Below, in pieces: positions 18,370 through 26,420 of a stretch of 64,000 nucleotides of DNA (positions within the stretch are counted from its first letter, which is position 1; the number at the start of each line of letters is the position of its first letter). The stretch comes from a virus: IMG/VR virus record IMGVR_UViG_3300047564_002353, positions 1 through 64,000 of that record. One strand, written 5' to 3'. Under the pieces are notes generated by a model that saw nothing but the letters and a program-made list of their open reading frames with translations, searched no databases and was not told the origin of the DNA. Position numbers and translations under genes: made by a program.

Positions 18370-19302
18370 TTATTTTAATCCTGCTAATCTTAATAGGTCT
18401 TCCGTAGTTTTTCCAATTTCTACTTGATCACCTGCTTTGATAGTTGATGGCTGAGTTGACTGTTGTGCAGGTGTACCTTGTGCTTGTGGGCCTACTAATT
18501 TTAGTTTTCCTGTCGCAGGATCTTTAGTTAAGCTTGTAGGATTTTTCTTTAAATCTACAATAGTAGTCATTCCTGGACCAGTGTTCAACGTAGCAGTTAG
18601 CCCAGGCTTGTAATCTACTATTTTACCCATTTCTGATTCAGCTAATTCTTTATTCTTATGTTTTTGTCCACGAACATCCTTGGCTGCTCGTTTAGCATCT
18701 TTGTGTTTGCCTGCTCCTGCTGTCTTAGCATTCTTAGCTACAAAATTACGTGGTTTAGGAGGTTCTGATTGTTTCATAGTATTTTCATCTAGTGGTTCTA
18801 ATTGATCTGATTTTAACATATCTCGTACAAGACTTGGTTTTAATTTATATACTTTTGCTAAAGTAATTATAGTTTGTTTATCGTCACCAAAATCGTCGCC
18901 CATATCATGTGCATCTGATTGTATTTGAAACTTAATCTGTTTCAAGTCACGATGACCTTCTGCTACACCTTGCTCTTTTTCTTGTTTCTCTCTTTCTTCG
19001 CGTTCTTTCTTTTGTTTGGCCAACAAGTCTTCGATACGTTTAGCACCGGCATCTGGATCATAACCGGCACGTTTTAGACTACGCTTAAATTTTTCTCTAG
19101 TAGATAATTTAGCAGTTTCTGTTACGCTTTCTAATTTTGATTTTAATTTACTATGTTTTTCTAATTCTGATTTAGGAGACTGTGCTTTGGCTTTAGCTTT
19201 CTTTTTTTCTGCTTCAGGACCAACAAGAGGCACAGGCTTCTTTGCATACTTAATAGCCTTTACGCCTTTCTTGTGTTCATTTAATAAATGATCTATTTTC
19301 AT
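18370..19302 (-). CDS. lysine-rich putative internal head protein
   Basis: MKIDHLLNE start, GVAEG, PRNFVAKNA..AGAGKHKD, C-terminal LLRLAGLK. Confidence 0.7.
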   Translation of the reverse strand: MKIDHLLNEHKKGVKAIKYAKKPVPLVGPEAEKKKAKAKAQSPKSELEKHSKLKSKLESVTETAKLSTREKFKRSLKRAGYDPDAGAKRIEDLLAKQKKEREEREKQEKEQGVAEGHRDLKQIKFQIQSDAHDMGDDFGDDKQTIITLAKVYKLKPSLVRDMLKSDQLEPLDENTMKQSEPPKPRNFVAKNAKTAGAGKHKDAKRAAKDVRGQKHKNKELAESEMGKIVDYKPGLTATLNTGPGMTTIVDLKKNPTSLTKDPATGKLKLVGPQAQGTPAQQSTQPSTIKAGDQVEIGKTTEDLLRLAGLK

Positions 19303-20015
19303 AATGATCTCAAACTTAATTCTCTATCTTCTAATTCACGAATCTTATCTCTAAGCTTACCTATATATCCTTGAGCACGTAACACTTTAAAAGTTAAATT
19401 TTCTACACTAAACTCTCCGCCTTGATCTAATCCAGCTTTTCTAATTTTAGCTAATTCATCTTTAACTGCTACTAGTCTTTTTTTATTATTAGATTTAAGT
19501 GCTAAGTTTATTTTACTAATGTAATTATTTACCTTGTTTTCTACATCATCATCGTTGATGTCAACACGCTCTTGCTTGGGTTCGCTAATCCAGCGATCAT
19601 CTAGAACACTATATATTCCTGCACTATGATGCGGATCTTTAGACCCTTGCACATATAGTTCTACGTCTATACCTTTAATTTGAATATTTCTAGTAAAGTT
19701 ATATTGATTCTTTTTAGCATCAAATAATTGTTTTAATTGTGTCTCTTGATCAGATGAAATATCAACTATTAGATGTAAATCTAGATCACTTTGATCTGTG
19801 TATGTATATGCAGCGTTGCTACCGCTTACAGTAATATCTTTTAAATTAAGCTTATCAATTGCTATAAAATCAATAAAGTTCTTGGCTATCTGTAGTAACT
19901 TATATCTTATAACTGGTTTTAATTGATTATTCTTCCACAAAACGGGATTCAATGTATCACGAAAGATAACTGCGTTATCTACTATACCTTCTTGTGTAAG
20001 TTCTCTTAGATACAT
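19299..20015 (-). CDS. Pol-beta-superfamily nucleotidyltransferase
   Basis: SGSNA.Y.Y...SDLDLH (GS...DxD) plus a later VELYVQ acidic residue. Confidence 0.75.
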   Translation of the reverse strand: MYLRELTQEGIVDNAVIFRDTLNPVLWKNNQLKPVIRYKLLQIAKNFIDFIAIDKLNLKDITVSGSNAAYTYTDQSDLDLHLIVDISSDQETQLKQLFDAKKNQYNFTRNIQIKGIDVELYVQGSKDPHHSAGIYSVLDDRWISEPKQERVDINDDDVENKVNNYISKINLALKSNNKKRLVAVKDELAKIRKAGLDQGGEFSVENLTFKVLRAQGYIGKLRDKIRELEDRELSLRSL

Positions 20016-20016
20016 A

Positions 20017-20403
20017 TTATTGATTCAATATTTTTACTACTGTTTCCCAATAAGCAGCGATCCATCCTATGACTGCTACACCACCAAGAATTAAGTATGT
20101 CCACTTAGCTCTAAACTTTTCTAAATCTGTAATTTTATCAGCTAATTCATGATGCTGAGCTGTTTGTATTTTATGCAATTCATCCGCATGGGCATAAAAT
20201 TTATCTCTATTGGATCTATATTCAACCAACATGATATCTAATTTATTATCTAATAGATCTCTAGTTCGATCTAAACAGTCATGCATGTCTTTAACATCTA
20301 CTTTTAGTTCGTCAACTTTTTCGTCTATTACTTCGACTTTAGTTTCTAATACACTTACACGTTCTTGTGTAGGTACGGATTCTAATTTTGCTGCTCGTGC
20401 CAT
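20017..20403 (-). CDS. coiled-coil protein with a C-terminal TM helix (XhlA/holin-like architecture)
   Basis: ERVSVLETKV heptads, then WTYLILGGVAVIGWIAAYW; SD AAGGAG. Confidence 0.55.
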   Translation of the reverse strand: MARAAKLESVPTQERVSVLETKVEVIDEKVDELKVDVKDMHDCLDRTRDLLDNKLDIMLVEYRSNRDKFYAHADELHKIQTAQHHELADKITDLEKFRAKWTYLILGGVAVIGWIAAYWETVVKILNQ

Positions 20404-20475
20404 CGGGCATCTCCTTGTTATTTTTGTTCTTTTAAAAACGCCAAAAAAATGCCTAATATGTGCCTAATGTAATAT

Positions 20476-20850
20476 TTATTGTTTAAAATCAAAAATGATA
20501 TTTTGACCTAATTTAAAAAGTGGCTTATCAAATACTACTTGTTCTGTTAGCTCTGATATGAATGGTACATATTCAAAAGAATCCTTTAATCTCCCTATAT
20601 TGTCCCCATCTTTAGCAAATAGCTCTTCAATTTCCATACGCCATTCAAAGTACCAGCAATTAATATCTGGGCGACCAAAAATGTCAGCAGGTATTTTTTT
20701 AGGCGGATTATCATAGTACATATTTCCACTTAATTGAATGGTTTGAGTCACTGTATCAAAGTTTTGTTGTTGATTACGTTCCAGTCTCTCGCCGCTTCTA
20801 TGGTGTCCGGTAGCAGTTATATCAACTAAAGTATAAAGGCAATAAAGCAT
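20476..20850 (-). CDS. hypothetical protein
   Basis: TLVDITATG...QQQNF.T..QTI pattern; TAAATA 5 nt upstream of ATG. Confidence 0.7.
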   Translation of the reverse strand: MLYCLYTLVDITATGHHRSGERLERNQQQNFDTVTQTIQLSGNMYYDNPPKKIPADIFGRPDINCWYFEWRMEIEELFAKDGDNIGRLKDSFEYVPFISELTEQVVFDKPLFKLGQNIIFDFKQ

Positions 20851-20869
20851 CAGTTTATTTAACAGCCAT

Positions 20870-20895
20870 AAAAAAAGGCCTACAAAAAGTAGGCC
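20870..20895 (-). terminator. rho-independent terminator
   Basis: GGCCTAC-TTTTT-GTAGGCC followed by T7. Confidence 0.85.
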
Positions 20896-20920
20896 CGCTT
20901 CCCATCCCTAGGAAAAACTA

Positions 20921-21343
20921 TTAAACGTGGTTAGCTAATAGTGGGAAACCAGTACCACGTACTACTGTTGCGCTGGTTAAGTCAATGCTGTTAGCACCAA
21001 CTGTTGCACCTAGACCTTGAATTAGGTCTTCTAAGTGTGCAGCAAATGATTCGCTGTTTGTGCCGTCATATGTGTCAGTACCGAAATCACCTTCTACGTA
21101 GATGTCAATCAATTGACCTGCGTTTGCACCGGCGTCAGCACGTAGAGCACTGTGACCAACAATTGTACATACTGAAGAAATAGTACGTAGAGCGATTTGT
21201 ACACACTCATTTGGTCCCATTTCTGTTGAACCAAAGTTTGTAGCGTTGACTGCGAAGTCAAGTGTGTACATGTCTAGGGTTTTACCTAGAAAACTTCTAG
21301 CTGTATTAGCTAATTCTGGATTAACTTTTGTTTGAATTGCCAT
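20921..21343 (-). CDS. putative abundant virion (decoration-type) protein
   Basis: own late promoter, SD GAGGAG, own terminator, A/G/T-rich sequence. Confidence 0.6.
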   Translation of the reverse strand: MAIQTKVNPELANTARSFLGKTLDMYTLDFAVNATNFGSTEMGPNECVQIALRTISSVCTIVGHSALRADAGANAGQLIDIYVEGDFGTDTYDGTNSESFAAHLEDLIQGLGATVGANSIDLTSATVVRGTGFPLLANHV

Positions 21344-21463
21344 AATAAATCTCCTCGTTTGGCTTTGCTTACTCTCTGTAAGCAGCCTACCCTATGTAGG
21401 CCGTTGTAATATTATTTACCAAAAAAGTTTAAAATAGGGTATTAATGGCTTATTTTGATGTAT

Positions 21464-22609
21464 TTAAGTTGGAGTCCAGCGTCGTCTCGGAACAAACTTT
21501 ACATTACCAAATTTCTTTTCGTCACCGGCATATCTTACACGCCCTTCGCCTTGTGTATCCCATATTTCGCCTTGACCTTGTTCTGCTTGATCAATAACTT
21601 GATCTTTGAGATTCATAATGCGTATTACTAGTCCAAAAATAGCTTCAAGTGCTTTAGAATTTTCTCTAGATTTTTGTTCTATTTTTGTCTGTTTAGGTGT
21701 GCTAACTTTACTAGATTTTAACCAATTAAAAAAGTGGTTAGCTCCTAAATTATCTAATTGATGCCCTTTAGCAGTTTGATTTACATATGTGTATAATATA
21801 TTTTTAAGATCTCCCAGTCCAGGAGTTTCTTGTAAAAATTGATCAATTTGTCTACTATGTTGTCCTAAATAATTTTCTACTGCTTCAATATCTTTAGTAT
21901 CAAGACTAACAGGATTACTGTTATATACAGGCCCTTGAACAATCAATTCTGGATTACGATTGAACATACTAAAATCGTCTAAAGGTTGTTGTTCGCTATC
22001 ATCCATGCCAAACTCTGGAAAGAAAGCGTGACCTACAACCATTACTCTAGCACCGCTAATACTTTGTCCTAATGGACTGTCTTGACGAACATGATAACAA
22101 GTTTTACTTTTTGGATTAGGGCAAAATGTGTATATTCCATTTTCTAATTTAGGTGAGGCTAAAAATAATCCATCAGCATAGACAAATCCTACAAAGTCTT
22201 TTGGAGTTGCTCGATCAAATAAAGTATATAAGTTTGCAAATTGTTTTGCAAACATCTGTCTTGCACGAGCTTCTTCAGGAGTCTTAGGCTTGCCACTTTT
22301 GTTAGCAATGAAATCTTCTAAGTCATCGGGGTTATCTGTTTTGGCACCTCGACTCCATCCGTTGTGTCCGGATAAAATCAAAGGGCCTCCTGCAACTTCT
22401 CGTCCCCAATAAATTTGAGGATTGCCATCCCACTTCATACGTAAACTTTGACTACCTTCGGAAGTCATTATTTCTTTCAAATGCTCTAGTGCTTCCATAG
22501 TACCTTGACTGCCATGAAAAAATACTAGATCTTCTAAGTGGTTAAATGCTCTGCCTAATTTTTTTAAGACAGGAGTTGTGTTTTCAAAAAGGAATTCTTT
22601 AGCTCTCAT
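21464..22609 (-). CDS. DUF6267-like protein with a KWDG ligase/nucleotidyltransferase motif-I-like sequence
   Basis: HLEDLVF, MKWDGNP, YADGLF, GEG.V, KFV.R; CTS-like MRAKEFLFE. Confidence 0.65.
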   Translation of the reverse strand: MRAKEFLFENTTPVLKKLGRAFNHLEDLVFFHGSQGTMEALEHLKEIMTSEGSQSLRMKWDGNPQIYWGREVAGGPLILSGHNGWSRGAKTDNPDDLEDFIANKSGKPKTPEEARARQMFAKQFANLYTLFDRATPKDFVGFVYADGLFLASPKLENGIYTFCPNPKSKTCYHVRQDSPLGQSISGARVMVVGHAFFPEFGMDDSEQQPLDDFSMFNRNPELIVQGPVYNSNPVSLDTKDIEAVENYLGQHSRQIDQFLQETPGLGDLKNILYTYVNQTAKGHQLDNLGANHFFNWLKSSKVSTPKQTKIEQKSRENSKALEAIFGLVIRIMNLKDQVIDQAEQGQGEIWDTQGEGRVRYAGDEKKFGNVKFVPRRRWTPT

Positions 22610-23013
22610 TCAAATATATCTCTATGTAATTTTCCATACAACTTCATTAGATATCCAGCTTTAGCGTCAGCTTCTACTTCTAATGGACTACCTGGTCCAT
22701 TTCTTGTTGCACGTTGTATTTTTCCAATTTGGCCTTGTTTTACATGTACAAGTTCGTGACAAACTGTACGTAATATATCAACCATGTTACGATTACCTAC
22801 ATATACTACCATATGATTGTTTTGATAATCCCATTGTCCAGTTCTATGTTGATCCTGTGCATCATCTGTATCATAGCTAAACACAATGTTAATTGGTTCG
22901 TCAGCTAGGCTTAAACGTTTTTTAGTCCATTCGATGAAATGTTTTACTCTAGCTTCTCTACGATTACTAGGTTTAATTATATCTTCAATTCTTTCTAACT
23001 CTTTGAATCTCAT
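22606..23013 (-). CDS. zincin-like metalloprotease
   Basis: LRTVCHELVHVKQ plus downstream EVEA; start MRFKE (23013). Confidence 0.75.
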   Translation of the reverse strand: MRFKELERIEDIIKPSNRREARVKHFIEWTKKRLSLADEPINIVFSYDTDDAQDQHRTGQWDYQNNHMVVYVGNRNMVDILRTVCHELVHVKQGQIGKIQRATRNGPGSPLEVEADAKAGYLMKLYGKLHRDIFE

Positions 23014-23771
23014 TTTAACTTTTCCATCATTGCTCGGAACCATTGATTAGTTCCTACCTGATAGGATTCATTTTGTTTAGGCCAATTTTCATCTGCTAAT
23101 GCATTTTTAACTCTAGGATCATTAATTCCTTGAGGAAGTTTTTCTAGAATTTTTTCTACACTACCTAAATCATTTCCTGATGCGCCTGGACCTAATAATA
23201 TAACTGCTACTTCGTCGGCATCTTGACTAATAAGATCGCCTTTTTTCCCGTCAGGACCTCTAGTAAATAATCCTTGAAATCCGCTCCACATCATTCCGTA
23301 AGGATGTTCAGCAGTTCTAGTTTCTTTAGCCATACTGCTAAGAAGAATATGTTTATGCACTCCTTTAAAAGGAGTATTTTCTATGCTGTAATCATGTTGA
23401 TGGAATCTACTAACTTGTCCGGCATTTTTTACTAACATGATGTCGACTTGTGCAAATTTGTCTCCGTTAGGAATTTTAACATGAACATTTATTCCTGTTT
23501 GAGCTGAAGCATACCCTCTGTCGAGAAGATAATTTTTTAATGATGCTCGAGCACTTTTTTCATCTTTAGTTCCTGTAGCTTTCAACATCTGTTCAGCATC
23601 TACCATGATGTCCATGTCGCCGCTACTAGCTTTATGTCCAGCAGATCCTACAGGGATTAGATCAATACCTTTAGGCATGATATTTTGAGCAAATTTAAAA
23701 ATTGCTTCTGCTTCTTTTTTGTCAAATGGTTCTACATCCGGAAAAACATTTCCGCCTTCATTTAAGATCAT
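23010..23771 (-). CDS. Pol-beta-superfamily nucleotidyltransferase-like protein
   Basis: VGSAGHK..SGDMDIMVD, QVDIM; start MILNEGGN (23771). Confidence 0.7.
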   Translation of the reverse strand: MILNEGGNVFPDVEPFDKKEAEAIFKFAQNIMPKGIDLIPVGSAGHKASSGDMDIMVDAEQMLKATGTKDEKSARASLKNYLLDRGYASAQTGINVHVKIPNGDKFAQVDIMLVKNAGQVSRFHQHDYSIENTPFKGVHKHILLSSMAKETRTAEHPYGMMWSGFQGLFTRGPDGKKGDLISQDADEVAVILLGPGASGNDLGSVEKILEKLPQGINDPRVKNALADENWPKQNESYQVGTNQWFRAMMEKLK

Positions 23772-24018
23772 TTTTGCTTTCCTGTATTTTCTTAATGCCG
23801 CGTTTAAATTTGGCAGGCTCTCCAGCGCGAATAGCATTCAAAAATCGACGTTCCAGCTCAGATGCTGTTTCTAAATCATAATGCTCTCGAATTAGATTTA
23901 ATAAATTGATCGAACTTTCGATCAAATTGCTTCCTCTACTTTCGATTACTTGATCCTTGTCTCTGCTAATACCTAAGTCACTTAGCTCTTGTAGGATACT
24001 TCTAGTGCTTTTTCTCAT
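23758..24018 (-). CDS. hypothetical protein
   Basis: TRSILQEL...LERRFLNAIR pattern; TAAATA at 24039-24044. Confidence 0.75.
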   Translation of the reverse strand: MRKSTRSILQELSDLGISRDKDQVIESRGSNLIESSINLLNLIREHYDLETASELERRFLNAIRAGEPAKFKRGIKKIQESKNDLK

Positions 24019-24067
24019 TGTAGCCCGTTCCTTTTGTATATTTAACCTTTTTTACATTTGCATTACA

Positions 24068-24075
24068 TATAAATA
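24068..24075 (+). promoter_or_regulatory. T4 late promoter consensus TATAAATA
   Basis: exact match upstream of the plus-strand small ORFs. Confidence 0.65.
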
Positions 24076-24104
24076 TCTTACACATTTACACATAGGAGAC
24101 ACAA

Positions 24105-24254
24105 ATGTTAGCATTTTTTGAAGCGTTAATCAATCGTTTTACTTATCAAAGCGATCTAAATGATTATATCTTGTCTAAAAATCCAAGTAATCCAGCAGAT
24201 GTCGAACGACTGATTCAGGAATATACCTACGGTAGTTGGAGGAAATGGATATGA
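24105..24254 (+). CDS. 49-aa protein, DUF3563-like (not in ORF track)
   Basis: SD AGGAG; MLAFFEALINRFTYQSDLNDYILSKNPSNPADVERLIQEY... Confidence 0.7.
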   Translation: MLAFFEALINRFTYQSDLNDYILSKNPSNPADVERLIQEYTYGSWRKWI

Positions 24255-24349
24255 ATTGTTCTTGGCTACAATGGATCATAGAAGCACGACAAAGACAAGC
24301 TGAACAATATCTCAAGGTACTAGGATTAAACGAACAAAAAAATAGTTGA
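24251..24349 (+). CDS. 32-aa protein MNCSWLQWIIEARQRQAEQYLKVLGLNEQKNS (not in ORF track)
   Basis: ATGA overlap with the previous ORF; GGAGG upstream. Confidence 0.55.
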   Translation: MNCSWLQWIIEARQRQAEQYLKVLGLNEQKNS

Positions 24350-24374
24350 GTTTTGCTATTTTTAGATATATAAT
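24346..24374 (+). promoter_or_regulatory. sigma70 promoter TTGAGT-N17-TATAAT
   Basis: near-consensus, 17-nt spacer. Confidence 0.7.
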
Positions 24375-24401
24375 ACTATTCACACACACAAGGAGAAAAT
24401 T

Positions 24402-24671
24402 ATGTGGATGCAATACTTTACACAACCAGAAATTACAGCTGATTATGTTATTGATACTTTTCAAGGTGTCAAAAAAGGATTTACTGATAAAGTTATTACA
24501 GATAAAACCTTAAACAAGGCTGCACACGATTATATCAATGCTCAAACAGCATTTGCCAAGATGTTGGCACACAATGCCGTAGACATTGCCAAGTATTCCG
24601 CGGATTCTATTACCAATGTATGGTTTCCAAAGAAAGCAGAAAAAGCCGCTGCTCGCAAACCACAGGCTTAA
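24402..24671 (+). CDS. helical small protein, possibly phasin-like
   Basis: SD AAGGAG; amphipathic helices, K/A-rich tail. Confidence 0.6.
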   Translation: MWMQYFTQPEITADYVIDTFQGVKKGFTDKVITDKTLNKAAHDYINAQTAFAKMLAHNAVDIAKYSADSITNVWFPKKAEKAAARKPQA

Positions 24672-24697
24672 CACATACACACATAAAGGAGAACAGT

Positions 24698-24958
24698 ATG
24701 GAAACACCAAAACTACCAGAAGTAAAGTTTAATAAAAACGGATATGAAATTCGAACAGATATTCTAGCTATGGCTAAAGATTTAGTACAATCAGAATACC
24801 ATGTTAAATTCCAAGGATGGGAAATGAGCGCACAACGTGACGAGAAGACTGGTCAAATTGTTAGTTCAGTTACTATGCCTGAGTTTCCAGGAATTGAAAA
24901 AGTTCTTGAAGCTGCTGAAAAGATGTATAACTTTGTAAATCAAACTACAAAGAAGTAA
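24698..24958 (+). CDS. hypothetical protein
   Basis: SD AAGGAG before METPK (24698); KNGYEIR.DIL.MAK...AEKMYNFV. Confidence 0.75.
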   Translation: METPKLPEVKFNKNGYEIRTDILAMAKDLVQSEYHVKFQGWEMSAQRDEKTGQIVSSVTMPEFPGIEKVLEAAEKMYNFVNQTTKK

Positions 24959-24962
24959 AATA

Positions 24963-24985
24963 AAAGGGCTCTTCGGAGCCCTTTG
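24963..24985. terminator. bidirectional rho-independent terminator with a UUCG tetraloop
   Basis: AAAGGGCTC-TTCG-GAGCCCTTT between convergent genes. Confidence 0.9.
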
Positions 24986-25624
24986 TTATTGCCACGCTGA
25001 CATTTGATATTGTTCCCTAGGTACACCAAAGTAATCGCATTTCCAATCACATTGTTCAGTATACTCTAAGTGTCCCCATTGATCCTTTAGTTTAAGAACT
25101 TGCTTGCCAGCATCTTCCCAATCTAGATCTTTAAGAATATTTTCCATTCTGCCTTTTATTTCCAGCATTTCATCATGGTCATAACCGTCGTACTCCCAAT
25201 GTAATATCTCAAGACAGTTACCATAACAATCAACGTAGTCCATGGAAAAGTCTAATCCCCATTTAGGACGTAGCTTTATTAATTGCCATATTAAAGGAAA
25301 ATACTTGGTCCACATTTTAAGTTGACTTAATGCTTCTCCACTATATCCTTTACGTTCAAACAAGTTGCTGTGGTTTAGAACAGTGCCTTCTATTTTATCA
25401 AACTGATCGAACCAAGGTTGATGTACTGAAGCACGATAGTGTCCAAACTTACCTAACGGTGCATTATTTGTCTTAGCATACATTTGTTCAAGGTCGCATA
25501 GATCAAAGGCTACTTGATCAAATAATCTTACATGATCTAATTTAGGAGCGAAATATCCTGGTAGAGGCACAGCCCAATATCCATTAGAATTCCAAAAATT
25601 ATTTGTTAATACTAAATCTCGCAT
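24986..25624 (-). CDS. hypothetical protein
   Basis: TAATG coupling to the upstream gene; aromatic-rich. Confidence 0.75.
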   Translation of the reverse strand: MRDLVLTNNFWNSNGYWAVPLPGYFAPKLDHVRLFDQVAFDLCDLEQMYAKTNNAPLGKFGHYRASVHQPWFDQFDKIEGTVLNHSNLFERKGYSGEALSQLKMWTKYFPLIWQLIKLRPKWGLDFSMDYVDCYGNCLEILHWEYDGYDHDEMLEIKGRMENILKDLDWEDAGKQVLKLKDQWGHLEYTEQCDWKCDYFGVPREQYQMSAWQ

Positions 25625-25998
25625 TAGAAATTTCCTTGCATTCTTCCTTGATCAATATCATTCTTTTTAGCATAGTCATCAATGATCATTGCTATTTTGA
25701 AGTCTAATACTGTGAGTCCATCTACATCTGATGTAGTGGTCTTTACAGTTACTTCTGCTACATCTTGTGTAACTTCGGTAAAGTGATCCATACGCTCACT
25801 TTCTTGATTAATAAACTCTATAAATTCTTCTGCTTGTCTATGATCCTGGGCAACATAAGTCGCTTGTAAAACTTTATGATCCAGCATTTCCCAGTCAGGA
25901 AGATACTTAGATTTCATATCATCTAAGAATTCGTCTTTGGCGACGAAATCTTCAACAGGATCTGATCTGCCTTCTATAATATCAATCCATTGTCTCAT
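25624..25998 (-). CDS. pterin-4a-carbinolamine dehydratase-like protein with an N-terminal extension
   Basis: LPDW, A.EFI..I...SE.MDH, V.V..TT.DV.GLT.LDF.IA..ID. Confidence 0.75.
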   Translation of the reverse strand: MRQWIDIIEGRSDPVEDFVAKDEFLDDMKSKYLPDWEMLDHKVLQATYVAQDHRQAEEFIEFINQESERMDHFTEVTQDVAEVTVKTTTSDVDGLTVLDFKIAMIIDDYAKKNDIDQGRMQGNF

Positions 25999-26420
25999 TG
26001 TGTTCTATCCTTGTTATCTATGGCACCGCCTGTTACCCACGCTGTACAAGATCTTTCGCCCGCACATTTGAAATGTAGGAAGTTACAGTAGCCCAAATCT
26101 GCTTTGTGTATAGTTGCCATAGCATCTGCATCTTTTTCATCGCCTTTGATACCATCTTCAATACACTTCCACATCTTATCACTAACATCAAACGCTGCAC
26201 AATTACCACACTTCATAGTCTTAGCAGTCTTTTCGTCTATTCCCCATTGCTTGGCACTATCTTTCCAGTAGTTGCCAGGCTCGTCTGGATTAGCAGGACC
26301 GTAGTGATAATCGTCTATGGCCCGTTGACGATTTTTTAAATTAACGTCAATGTCGTATGTAGCAACGGGACAGCCTTTGTTGGCTGCTTCTACGATGTTG
26401 ATATATTTTCTGTATGTCAT
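25995..26420 (-). CDS. Cys-rich phage protein
   Basis: CP.AT.D...NL.NRQ.AI....YGP.NP, CGNCAAF, GYC....FKCA..R.C.AW; start MTYRK (ATGA overlap). Confidence 0.75.
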   Translation of the reverse strand: MTYRKYINIVEAANKGCPVATYDIDVNLKNRQRAIDDYHYGPANPDEPGNYWKDSAKQWGIDEKTAKTMKCGNCAAFDVSDKMWKCIEDGIKGDEKDADAMATIHKADLGYCNFLHFKCAGERSCTAWVTGGAIDNKDRTQ

